64,000 bases of DNA from an uncultured Candidatus Saccharibacteria bacterium (GTDB lineage Bacteria > Patescibacteriota > Minisyncoccia > UBA6257), in NCBI GenBank assembly GCA_964618625.1, contig CAZUBI010000001.1, positions 164,781-228,780 of the forward strand. The letters are read 5' to 3'. A program made the translations under genes and the position numbers. Positions 18,749 to 27,173 of this stretch are shown here, piece after piece. The notes beneath the pieces were generated by a model that was not told the origin of the DNA, made no database searches, and saw only the letters and a program-made list of their open reading frames with translations. Position 1 is the stretch's first letter; every line of letters starts with the position of its first letter.

Positions 18749-19039
18749 CTAAATTATTTTCTTTTTAAATTCTCTCATTTTTTTTCTTTCTGCATACTCC
18801 TTGAATGCTACCTGTTGTCCTTTGTCTTTTTCGTTTGTTTCCTTGGTCTCAACTTCGCCAATAATCTCTTCTTTACCTTTTTTTGCAATCCAATCAGGAA
18901 CATATCCCTTTATCTTTTTCGGCTTGTCATAGCCTGGAAGATCGGCTTTTACTTTATATCCTTGACCTTCATACCATTTAACACTTCTTAAAACTGCTTC
19001 ATCGTGTTGTTTTTGACCAATTTTGGTTCTTTTTTTCAT
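18749..19039 (-). CDS. small PD-(D/E)xK nuclease-fold protein
   Basis: GY.V..PDWIA..IIGEVET. Confidence 0.65.
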   Translation of the reverse strand: MKKRTKIGQKQHDEAVLRSVKWYEGQGYKVKADLPGYDKPKKIKGYVPDWIAKKGKEEIIGEVETKETNEKDKGQQVAFKEYAERKKMREFKKKII

Positions 19040-19041
19040 AA

Positions 19042-20670
19042 TTATTTTTCAATTAATTTTTCTACTACTTTCCAAGTTGCTTCATTTTTAAAAATATTAT
19101 TATAACTATATTCTTTGCCTTCCTTTTTTCTTATTATCTTAGCCGCTTTTTTGCAAAAATTAACAGCCTTTTTAAAACTTTGCACTTCTTTTTTATCGTA
19201 GTTATATAAAAAAGTCATAATATGAAAATTAGCATGATCTAAAAATGCTCTTTTGTTCTTATTATTGACGCCTTTTAATATCTTCTTCTCTCTTTTTATT
19301 TCTTCTTGTACAAAGATACAATAATCACAAATCTTTGTTATTTCATCTATTTTTAATTCTTCCTCGTTAAAAATCTCTTTGTATATTGATTTATCCCCTT
19401 TTATTATGTCAAATAGATCCTTTTTAGAAGATTTAGCTTTAGCTGGTTTCATATATTTACAAGAATAAATCCACTGCCCTAAATCAGTAATCAATATTTT
19501 GTCCTTAATTCCTGGCTTCTTTTTCCTTTGATATGAATAACCTTCTAGATTCAATATTTCTTCTAGCGTTTTTTGAATGAAATCATTTGTCCTAAGATCC
19601 CACTTATCTATTTTTCTTTGAGTATTAGTAGATTGGCAAACCGAATTTATCTCATTTTCATCCTCTGCCTCAAAAAGTCTAGTCAAAATCATAATTTTTT
19701 TACAGTCGCCTGCTAAAATTTCCTTATTTTGATACATATTATAAAGAGTACTTAATGATTGACATCCGTTTATAATTTGAGGATTGATAACATTAAAAAC
19801 ATATTTATCACTTATTTGTTTCAAATTCTTGCAGCTGACAGTAATACCATTATGAAAAAGATAAAATTTATTTTTTCGTTCTAAAATTGTATTTTTGAAA
19901 CTAAATTTTAGGCTTTTATCATTTTGATTAACTCTAATATTATCTTCAAAAATATTATATTTTTCATCATCTGCTTTTTCAAACATATCTAATAGTTTAA
20001 TCAATAAAACTTTACCAATAACAATACGATTTTTTTTATCATAAAAAGAACTATTATCTTGAAATTCTATCCTATCTAAAAAGTTAATCTTTTTCGAATA
20101 ATTAATATCTACTTTGACCAAATCTCTTAAATTAAGTAATTTCAATTCTACTCCTGTGTAATTATTGAGATGTGATTCTAGATTTTTTTTTAATTTATTC
20201 TCCGCATTCTTTTTGTCTGAATATCTTATTATGTTTAAATATATTTTATAATTTCCTTTTAAAAATCTTTTCCTTGCTTCCTTAATCTTCTTTGCCGCCA
20301 AAGGATTTAAATTATGCAAAGAAGTATTTGGATTGAAAAAATTCCTTTTTAATTCTTCTAAAAAACCATTAAGAATACTCTGACGATCAAATCCCTCGCT
20401 TTTAACATCTAAAATATTAATCTGCTTTTTTGCCTTGTTTACAACTATCGCATCAACCCCTCCATCCTTTTTTCCATCCGTAATCAATTCTTTATTATAT
20501 ATTTCATCATTATTAAAGCCAAAAAGTATTTTTATAATAGTTATGATCGCAGCATAAGCGTTTTCGCTCGAGCCCTTCATAGAATAATGTTCTCGATTGT
20601 GACTGAAAATCTTTTTAGCTAATTTAAAATCTTGATTTATTCTCCTTTCTATATATTCTTTTAAAAGCAT
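19042..20670 (-). CDS. AIPR family (abortive infection phage resistance) protein
   Basis: DGGVDA, NIR, FYLFHNGIT, PQIINGCQS, TNTQ; ends VEKLIEK* in first repeat. Confidence 0.9.
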   Translation of the reverse strand: MLLKEYIERRINQDFKLAKKIFSHNREHYSMKGSSENAYAAIITIIKILFGFNNDEIYNKELITDGKKDGGVDAIVVNKAKKQINILDVKSEGFDRQSILNGFLEELKRNFFNPNTSLHNLNPLAAKKIKEARKRFLKGNYKIYLNIIRYSDKKNAENKLKKNLESHLNNYTGVELKLLNLRDLVKVDINYSKKINFLDRIEFQDNSSFYDKKNRIVIGKVLLIKLLDMFEKADDEKYNIFEDNIRVNQNDKSLKFSFKNTILERKNKFYLFHNGITVSCKNLKQISDKYVFNVINPQIINGCQSLSTLYNMYQNKEILAGDCKKIMILTRLFEAEDENEINSVCQSTNTQRKIDKWDLRTNDFIQKTLEEILNLEGYSYQRKKKPGIKDKILITDLGQWIYSCKYMKPAKAKSSKKDLFDIIKGDKSIYKEIFNEEELKIDEITKICDYCIFVQEEIKREKKILKGVNNKNKRAFLDHANFHIMTFLYNYDKKEVQSFKKAVNFCKKAAKIIRKKEGKEYSYNNIFKNEATWKVVEKLIEK

Positions 20671-20721
20671 GTGTGATGAAATATTATATTTATCTATAGT
20701 GTTTTACTATATTTTATCAAT

Positions 20722-21492
20722 TTATTTCTCTAAAATCCGAAATTTCCCTGATTTTACTAATTTGATACTGTTATAATTTTTTGGATTCTCAAATTCAAAC
20801 TGCCAAATTGAATAGAGATCCTCACCGTGTGCTTTATCAAAAAATAAAGTAATTACTTTTTTTCTTATCTGCTCTTGCCATTGCCTAAAAGGATAGTAAA
20901 GCTGACGAATAATTACATTTGCTGCACTAAAGTTCTTTGCTTCAATTAATACAACCTGCTTCTTACCTTCATACCCAGCATCAACTTCAGTTTGTACACT
21001 TGAAACTTTAATTTTTTGTTTGCCAACTCTAAAGTCAAAGCTAGGTGTATATTTTCTACCTCGTATTGTAAGAACAAGCGAAGGATCATTCATAAAAGTA
21101 CGAATCAAACTTGAGGCATAAGCATAATCAAGATGCTGCATTTCTGAATTACCGATTCTTGCAGTATCTAATTGAAAATCTAATTTTGAGGAATAAATTG
21201 ACACTTCTTTTTTAATTTCTGGAATATCAACATAACCTTCTCCTTTAATAATATTATAATATCCATTTTTTACAGGAAGTAAAAATAAATTATGCTTTTG
21301 AAAAATGTCTGGTCTATCCTTTCGTCTGTCCTGCTTGCACAAAATACGAACCTCTTTTTTACCTGTTTCTTTAAACCTTTGACAAGCCTGCTTTATCTGT
21401 TTTGCAGAAAGTAAAAACGGTGATTTATCAAAATCATGATCTAAGATTTTATAATCATCAAATATCTTTTTCCAAGATTTACTATTTGCCAT
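20722..21492 (-). CDS. putative type II restriction endonuclease (DUF6997-like)
   Basis: QTEVDAGYE..LIEAK, IIRQLYYPFR; directly downstream of MTase. Confidence 0.75.
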   Translation of the reverse strand: MANSKSWKKIFDDYKILDHDFDKSPFLLSAKQIKQACQRFKETGKKEVRILCKQDRRKDRPDIFQKHNLFLLPVKNGYYNIIKGEGYVDIPEIKKEVSIYSSKLDFQLDTARIGNSEMQHLDYAYASSLIRTFMNDPSLVLTIRGRKYTPSFDFRVGKQKIKVSSVQTEVDAGYEGKKQVVLIEAKNFSAANVIIRQLYYPFRQWQEQIRKKVITLFFDKAHGEDLYSIWQFEFENPKNYNSIKLVKSGKFRILEK

Positions 21493-21507
21493 AATATCAA
21501 AAACAAT

Positions 21508-22464
21508 TTATTTTTTAAGACTATGATTTAATTTTTTAAAACGCTTTATTGATAAATCTAAATATTTTTTTTCTGTATCAATACCTACAAATTTTCTATT
21601 GTTAAAACATGCAGCTAAACCTGTCGTCGAACTACCTGTAAAAGGATCTAAAATAATATTGCCTTTATTTGTGCTTGCTAATACTATTCTTTTAAGTAAT
21701 TCAAGCGGCTTTTGGGTTGGATGTTTTCCAAATACTTTTTCTTCCTTTTTAGGAGTTGTTATAGCCCATACAGAACGCATTTGTTTCCCTTTCTTATGCA
21801 TTGGCTCTATAAACTCATCATTCTGACAACGAATCTTATAATTATTATCCCAATCTCGCATTAGTTTATAATTAAAAGTGTGTTTTACTTTTTTATATTT
21901 TCGCGCCCATAAAATTGTTTCATGGCTAGCTGTGAAATAACGACAACTTAAATTGGGTGAAGCATTTGGCTTAAACCATGAAATATCATTTAGTATATGA
22001 AAGCCGGCAACTTGTAAAGCAAACCCACATTGATAAATAGAATGATAAGTTCCGCTAATCCAAATTGTTCCGTTTGGTTTTAATACACGCCTGCATGCTT
22101 TAATCCACTCCAAATAAAATTCAAAATCCTTTTTTAATCCATTGCTTTTATCCCATTTACCTTTATTTACACTTACACGTTTCCCAGCATGAACCGTAAA
22201 TCCTCCGTTAGAAAGCAAATAAGGAGGGTCGGCAAATATCATATCAATTGAATTTTCTGGCAATTGTTCTAGTATTTTTAGACAATCAGATCTATATAAC
22301 ACAAAATCGCCTTTGGAAAAATAAGGCTTTTGCTTGATAGAAAAAAGTATTTTCTTATTTATACTCATAAAGTTGTTTTCTATCTCCGGAACTAATATTT
22401 TTATCTTTTCGCATCTATAATTAAGATCTAATTGTATTAAATTTTGTTTGTTACGGTGGGGCAT
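21508..22464 (-). CDS. site-specific DNA methyltransferase (N6A/N4C, beta class, DpnA-like)
   Basis: DPPY, HPTQKP, LDPFTGSSTT; start uncertain. Confidence 0.92.
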   Translation of the reverse strand: MPHRNKQNLIQLDLNYRCEKIKILVPEIENNFMSINKKILFSIKQKPYFSKGDFVLYRSDCLKILEQLPENSIDMIFADPPYLLSNGGFTVHAGKRVSVNKGKWDKSNGLKKDFEFYLEWIKACRRVLKPNGTIWISGTYHSIYQCGFALQVAGFHILNDISWFKPNASPNLSCRYFTASHETILWARKYKKVKHTFNYKLMRDWDNNYKIRCQNDEFIEPMHKKGKQMRSVWAITTPKKEEKVFGKHPTQKPLELLKRIVLASTNKGNIILDPFTGSSTTGLAACFNNRKFVGIDTEKKYLDLSIKRFKKLNHSLKK

Positions 22465-22505
22465 AGTTTTAAATTGTTATATTGTTAAATTATTGATTGC
22501 TATGT

Positions 22506-22694
22506 TTATTTTTTTGGCTTCCAATCACTAATTGTAATTGTTTTCTTTTTTTCGTTTATTTTAAGTTCAACTTTCTGTCTTTCTCTCCAGCGCCATTTTC
22601 GAATAATATCTATAGGCAAAGTAACAGCATAGCTTTTTTTGCCTACTTTTGTAATTTTTCTAATATTTTTTTCTTTAATTTTTCTCCTTGGCAT
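22506..22694 (-). CDS. AbrB/MazE/SpoVT-family DNA-binding protein
   Basis: RKITKVG..SYAVTLP..W. Confidence 0.85.
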   Translation of the reverse strand: MPRRKIKEKNIRKITKVGKKSYAVTLPIDIIRKWRWRERQKVELKINEKKKTITISDWKPKK

Positions 22695-22703
22695 TTTGAT
22701 TGT

Positions 22704-22735
22704 TTACGTAATATATTACGTAATTTATTACGTAA
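22704..22735. promoter_or_regulatory. triple palindromic operator-like array
   Basis: TTACGTAA at 22704, 22716, 22728 (12-bp period) between a minus-strand TATAAT (~22740-22745) and the AbrB start. Confidence 0.65.
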
Positions 22736-22818
22736 TCCTATTATACCATTTTTTGTTTCAACCAACTATTATATATAGTACCCCTGTTATAAGATATTTT
22801 CAAACCCCAAAAAATAAC

Positions 22819-22895
22819 AAAAAAAGCCCTTAATTAGGCTTAAGATTTTGAAATGGTTCAGGAGGAGTAAGTAATTTATTACTTATTCCTCCTGA
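22819..22895 (-). terminator. module trailer 1: long hairpin plus terminator
   Basis: tcaggaggagtaagtaat..attacttattcctcctga, then minus-strand AAGCCTAATTAAGGGCTT-T7; homologues at ~23945-24009 and ~27057-27141. Confidence 0.75.
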
Positions 22896-22901
22896 TATAC
22901 T

Positions 22902-23801
22902 TCAAATAACATAATATGTACTACGACAATGATAGTCATAGCACTTTTTCATTACCGCTTTAATAGCAGAATGAAAACATGACAATATTCCCGGTAATTC
23001 ATTCGGTTGCCCAGACCATATTTCTTTTTGCTCTATCCAGCATCTATTTCTCTTTTGAACTATAGAACATTGAATTAGATAAATTTTCTCTCCGTGATAA
23101 CCCTGACTACCTCTAGCAAGTACCGCAACTTGTGGAATCGAGAAATAGGCATGAATGCCATTAGACAAACTGCCACTTTTCGGTACCCAATATGGACGAA
23201 AAGCTTGTCCTCTTCTCCCACAAATAATTGTGGCACTCCCTCCGCTTGCCGTACTACCTCCTTCTTCAACCAATTCCATGCGAAGTTGCATATTGATTGA
23301 ATTAGGAATTAAAAACTTTGGTTTTTCCACTGCCTCTTTTTCCATCATCTTTTTATTCCTGTACCAATCTGCATATTCTCTTATAACGGTTGGTACATCT
23401 TGAGTCTTTAATTTCATCTCCTTTAAGGAATACCATGTTGTATAACGATCTCTACGATTATATCCTTTTTCATAAATCCATTGACTTGACCCAATAAGAA
23501 ATCTAAATTTCTCTTTAATCCCCCCTCTATCTTGATTTGCAACTTCAATAGTTCGAATAAAAAATAGTATATCATGGTAAAAATCCTTATCCCATCCCGA
23601 TTTATCCGGATCTTCTGGTTTTTCTTGTTCAAATCTTCCCTCTATTTCTGCGAGTTCAAGTGAATCAACTTTTTTAAGATTTATAACAATTCCTCCTCTA
23701 ACAATACGAGAATTGAATCCCTTATTTGTAAGAGATTCTTCCAAATCTTGATGTTCACCATAATGAAATCCGCTAATTTTGATTTCTTTTATTTCTCTCA
23801 T
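22902..23801 (-). CDS. hypothetical protein (module 1 cargo)
   Basis: long ORF; start reassigned to ATG 23801 after AAGGAG; C-terminal CYDYHCR. Confidence 0.75.
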   Translation of the reverse strand: MREIKEIKISGFHYGEHQDLEESLTNKGFNSRIVRGGIVINLKKVDSLELAEIEGRFEQEKPEDPDKSGWDKDFYHDILFFIRTIEVANQDRGGIKEKFRFLIGSSQWIYEKGYNRRDRYTTWYSLKEMKLKTQDVPTVIREYADWYRNKKMMEKEAVEKPKFLIPNSINMQLRMELVEEGGSTASGGSATIICGRRGQAFRPYWVPKSGSLSNGIHAYFSIPQVAVLARGSQGYHGEKIYLIQCSIVQKRNRCWIEQKEIWSGQPNELPGILSCFHSAIKAVMKKCYDYHCRSTYYVI

Positions 23802-23919
23802 TTCTTTCTCCTTTGTTCCCTTGCCTGTCATTACCAGATCAGGACTTGTGGAAACTAAAATTATCAAAGAACAGGCTAGTATCTAGCTTTATGCTAACAT
23901 ATTGGTGCTTAATCGTCAA
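23802..23919 (-). promoter_or_regulatory. module 1 promoter, boxA-like element and structured leader
   Basis: TTGACG-N17-TAGCAT; TGTTCTTTGATAA; GTTTCC..AAGTCCTGATC-loop-GACAGGCAA..GGGAAC; AAGGAG. Confidence 0.65.
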
Positions 23920-23944
23920 GTATATAAATAATGCCCCCGGCAAT

Positions 23945-24009
23945 AAAAAAAAGCCCTTAATTGGGCTTAAAGTTTTGGAAGGAGTAAGTATTTATTGCTT
24001 ACCCCTTCC
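23945..24009 (-). terminator. module trailer 2
   Basis: ggaaggagtaag..cttaccccttcc hairpin plus AAGCCCAATTAAGGGCTT-T run. Confidence 0.75.
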
Positions 24010-24023
24010 GTTTTTATAATCTT

Positions 24024-24518
24024 TTATCTATATATTCCTTTCAGTGTGCAACCATAAAGATTAAACTCTATGCTTCTTATATCTCGATAAATATAAGTCG
24101 GGACTCGTACTTCTTTCTTACCAATTTTTATCCAAATACCATTATCCTTAATTTCAAAGGGAATATTCCTCTTAGTGTTTAAAAAATATAGTTCAACTAA
24201 TCTCTTCTTCTTCTTCTTTTGCTGTAGTTGATAATCCTTCATTATCTCAAAACAAATTTTCCAAGATGCCACTATTTCTTCTCCGCAGCTCTCTTCTTCA
24301 CAATTAATAGTAATCTCTTCTTCTTCTCCTGAAAAAAGAACTTCCTTTTCTAATCTCTTTTCTATCATTTTTCTTACAAAATCTTTGCTGGGAACACTTA
24401 TATCATCAACGTATTCTGCTGTCTGATCTAATGGAATACAAAACCCATTAATATACAAACCCTCTAAATTTGAAGAAATAAGCTTGACCTCTCCCCACAA
24501 TGTTTTAATTCTTGCCAT
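24024..24518 (-). CDS. hypothetical protein (module 2 cargo)
   Basis: ORF with GAGGAGG SD. Confidence 0.7.
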   Translation of the reverse strand: MARIKTLWGEVKLISSNLEGLYINGFCIPLDQTAEYVDDISVPSKDFVRKMIEKRLEKEVLFSGEEEEITINCEEESCGEEIVASWKICFEIMKDYQLQQKKKKKRLVELYFLNTKRNIPFEIKDNGIWIKIGKKEVRVPTYIYRDIRSIEFNLYGCTLKGIYR

Positions 24519-24556
24519 TTTCTTTCCTCCTCTTTTATTTTTTTATCATTTATTCA

Positions 24557-24919
24557 TTACTTTTTTACTTTCAAAACAGAATCTAATTCATTTAATATCA
24601 AAACTTTCATTCTATTAATTGTTTCTTTAAATCCTATCTTTAGGTCCTCCTTTTTTAGAAAATACTTTTTTACGGGTGTTCTGCACTCTAATAAGCTAGC
24701 AGAAATGAGGAAATATTTTCCAAGAAGCTCTAATTCAAAAATCATTCCTGTAGCAGACAATTTAAACTCTATCTCGTATCCAGCATCTTGCGTCCCATAT
24801 ATTTCAATGGAATCTTTCAATATTCCTTCACTTCCTTCACCAAAACTCTCAATTATATAATCAATCACCCATTTTACCTTAGACGGGATATATCCAATAC
24901 CACCAATTTTCATTTTCAT
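24557..24919 (-). CDS. hypothetical protein (module 2 cargo)
   Basis: start reassigned to ATG 24919 after GGAGG. Confidence 0.7.
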   Translation of the reverse strand: MKMKIGGIGYIPSKVKWVIDYIIESFGEGSEGILKDSIEIYGTQDAGYEIEFKLSATGMIFELELLGKYFLISASLLECRTPVKKYFLKKEDLKIGFKETINRMKVLILNELDSVLKVKK

Positions 24920-25030
24920 CTCTTTCCTCCATATTACCTTGCCTGTCATAAGTGCATCAGGGCTTATCGGTTTTTTTCAAAAAACTATACTATTATCTTG
25001 TATAATAGTATATTAACAGTAGACTGTCAA
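24920..25030 (-). promoter_or_regulatory. module 2 promoter, boxA-like element and structured leader
   Basis: TTGACA-N17-TATTAT; AGTTTTTTGAAAA; AAGCCCTGAT-loop-GACAGGCAAGG; GGAGG. Confidence 0.65.
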
Positions 25031-25113
25031 GTATATAAAATCACTGGCAAATTGCCAGTTTAAGAGTTTAAAGGTTTAAAGATTAAGAGATCTTTCGTTA
25101 TTGCTCAGGATGA

Positions 25114-26127
25114 CTATGAGATTGCCAGAAAAATAGATCTAAATATTTTATCAACTTCTTCTTTATAGAGATAACCCTCCTTAGCAAGAGTACTTCTTAC
25201 GGGACTGATCTCCTTATCGACAAAGGTCTGATCTCCTATTTTGTAAGTCTCAGTTTTTGTCTTAAATTTTGTCAAAGAATCACAGGGAGTACTTGCTAAT
25301 GGAAAACTATTAACTACACGCAATAAAGTGCCTGACACAATAAAGCGTCCTACTCTTAGCATATCAAAAACTTTATTTCTATCTTTACTTTCTTTGATAT
25401 AAGAAACAACAGAACTCTTGTTCTTGCCTTCAAGAAATACAACATCAAATCCTTGATATTTCCCCTTGCGAATTTTAACGTCTTTGGGGAATTTATTCTT
25501 CACTTCTCCCATTGCCTTTTCCAACTCCTTAATCTGTTCTTTAGTTATATAATCCTTCATCACACCACTTTTAAAAAGTTCCCTCAGAGTAGTTTTATCA
25601 CTCATTCCTGGTATGCTCATTCCTGGAACAGAAGCGTCTAAAAAGCCCTGCGTTGGCACTAAACGACGGCTTTCCAGAATTTGTTTGGCTGTTTTCTCAT
25701 TAGCGAGTTCTGTGATAATAATAAAACCATGATAATCAAATTTTTCTGCCACAGGAGCAAGTAAATCATCTTGTTTCAAGCTTTCTATTGCCTCGCTGCT
25801 TTGCTCTTTCAACTTTTGCACTTTTTGGATGAGATCCGTCTGCCCAAATGCTTGAGCATACGATTCCAGCATTTGCTCACCTTCTTGTTGAGCTCTTTCC
25901 CATATCTTTGGACCGTGTGGACGTTCTGAACCAATTATAATCGTTTGGCTAGTTTCACTTTCTGCAAAAACTCTTGGATTGATAAAATTAAGGTCAGCAT
26001 TACGCCGAGGGTCAATATGACCGATTTTTACCTTAAATCTTGTTTCATCTGCCTGACGTAAGATTTCCTCCCATTGTTTGGTAAGAAGCCAACTTTTAGA
26101 CAATATTTTAGTTATTTTTACCCCCAT
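25114..26127 (-). CDS. hypothetical protein
   Basis: 337-aa ORF, no recognised motif; REP-like remnant (gagatctttcgttattgctcaggatgac) just after stop. Confidence 0.7.
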   Translation of the reverse strand: MGVKITKILSKSWLLTKQWEEILRQADETRFKVKIGHIDPRRNADLNFINPRVFAESETSQTIIIGSERPHGPKIWERAQQEGEQMLESYAQAFGQTDLIQKVQKLKEQSSEAIESLKQDDLLAPVAEKFDYHGFIIITELANEKTAKQILESRRLVPTQGFLDASVPGMSIPGMSDKTTLRELFKSGVMKDYITKEQIKELEKAMGEVKNKFPKDVKIRKGKYQGFDVVFLEGKNKSSVVSYIKESKDRNKVFDMLRVGRFIVSGTLLRVVNSFPLASTPCDSLTKFKTKTETYKIGDQTFVDKEISPVRSTLAKEGYLYKEEVDKIFRSIFLAIS

Positions 26128-26225
26128 TTTTATAATATTAATAGGATGAGAATAAATTGTTAATTTTTAAACAATCCCATTGTGGATAACTCTTGCTTGA
26201 CATAAGGTTTTTTGATATAATGCAG

Positions 26226-26316
26226 ATGGTGCTTGGAGGGCCTTGGCCCTGTCACGGCTATATCCAAGCTGTACCCAAGTACCACTAAAGAATACCGTAA
26301 AAACGGTATTTTTTAG
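26226..26316 (+). ncRNA. candidate small structured RNA with own promoter and terminator
   Basis: TGTGGATAA 26181, TTGCTT-N17-TATAAT; stems TGGTGCTTGG/CCAAGTACCA, AGGGCC/GGCCCT, ACGGCT/AGCTGT; terminator AATACCG/CGGTATT-T run. Confidence 0.55.
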
Positions 26317-26320
26317 TTGT

Positions 26321-26806
26321 TTAATCATTTTCAAGGTCTCCACTGTGTAAAATTCTCTTACTTGTTACTTTATCAACGCCCCAAAATGGAACTACGCTCC
26401 AAAAATGCTTTTCTCCGCCTAACACTTGTTTAATAATCACTTTTAGTCTTATAGTATCTATAACTGCAGTAAATTCATAATATATTACATCTTTCATAAC
26501 CTGCTCCCACCTGCTATTCATCTTTTGAACTTCAAATCTTCTTATTTGCCAAATACCTTGTAAAGTATGGGATCGTTTTAAAACTTCTGGCGCGAAATGA
26601 ATAAGTTTTAATCTTGAGTATTGATCTTTTTTAGGTCTGGCTTGCCTATTTGATTTAAATTTTAAATGTTTTAATCCTTTTGTGTTAAAAGCAATTTTTT
26701 CTTTAAAATAGGGGCAATAAATATCATTAATTGTTTTATAGAATTTTTCTGCTCCATTTTTAACTTTTAAAAAATCTTTTTCATCTTTAAAATTAAATTT
26801 TCCCAT
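26321..26806 (-). CDS. hypothetical protein, possible RelE/PBECR-like RNase
   Basis: I.FN.KGLKHL..R..RLKL..FWSVVPFW pattern reminiscent of BECR-fold nucleases; family call tentative. Confidence 0.6.
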   Translation of the reverse strand: MGKFNFKDEKDFLKVKNGAEKFYKTINDIYCPYFKEKIAFNTKGLKHLKFKSNRQARPKKDQYSRLKLIHFAPEVLKRSHTLQGIWQIRRFEVQKMNSRWEQVMKDVIYYEFTAVIDTIRLKVIIKQVLGGEKHFWSVVPFWGVDKVTSKRILHSGDLEND

Positions 26807-27056
26807 ATACTAAAAACATATCTTTTAATTTTCCCCATCAGTATGGTTCGACTTCACTCACCACAAGCTTTGTTTTTATTATGTAGTTATATTATATCAT
26901 AATCATGGTATATTCTTACCATAAATCAGGTTTTTATTTTGTTTACTCTTCTTTTAATAATTGCGCAAGAATCGCGCAAGAATCGCGCAAACAAAACCCA
27001 TTGTTTTCTCTTTATATTTTACCCTTATTAAGAGGTGTTTTCAAACCTCAAAAAAC

Positions 27057-27141
27057 AAAAAAAGCCCTTAATTAGGCTTAAAATTTTGAAATGTTTGGGA
27101 AGGAGTAAAATATTATGATTTTCATAATACTTTACTCCTTC
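27057..27141 (-). terminator. module trailer 3
   Basis: gaaggagtaaaatattatg..cataatactttactccttc hairpin plus AAGCCTAATTAAGGGCTT-T7. Confidence 0.75.
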
Positions 27142-27173
27142 TATTCTTTATAAATACGTGTTCTTTAGGGAAA

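Larger units (their letters stand above)
4995..19065 (-). repeat. repeat-delimited gene-cassette array: 18 copies of ~30-bp repeat, 17 units, 21 genes
   Basis: + strand core caattaattttt(g/c) starting at 5005, 5511, 6172, 6534, 7165, 8409 (variant), 8805, 9360, 9866 (insert), 10918, 11562, 12191, 13070, 13441 (truncated), 14195, 16192 (insert), 17891, 19050; every copy at a gene junction or gene 3' end, same orientation. Confidence 0.9.

Noticed and set aside
4995-19065. CRISPR array
   Set aside because: Spacers are whole genes of 0.3-2 kb, repeats are degenerate, and no cas genes are present.
4995-19065. Canonical integron/attC array
   Set aside because: Only a left-half resemblance in some copies; no consistent GTTRRRY, no long hairpin, no intI in the window.
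21815-21840. REP-like remnant inside the MTase gene
   Set aside because: Match (GATTC..TCAGAATGA) too short to support.
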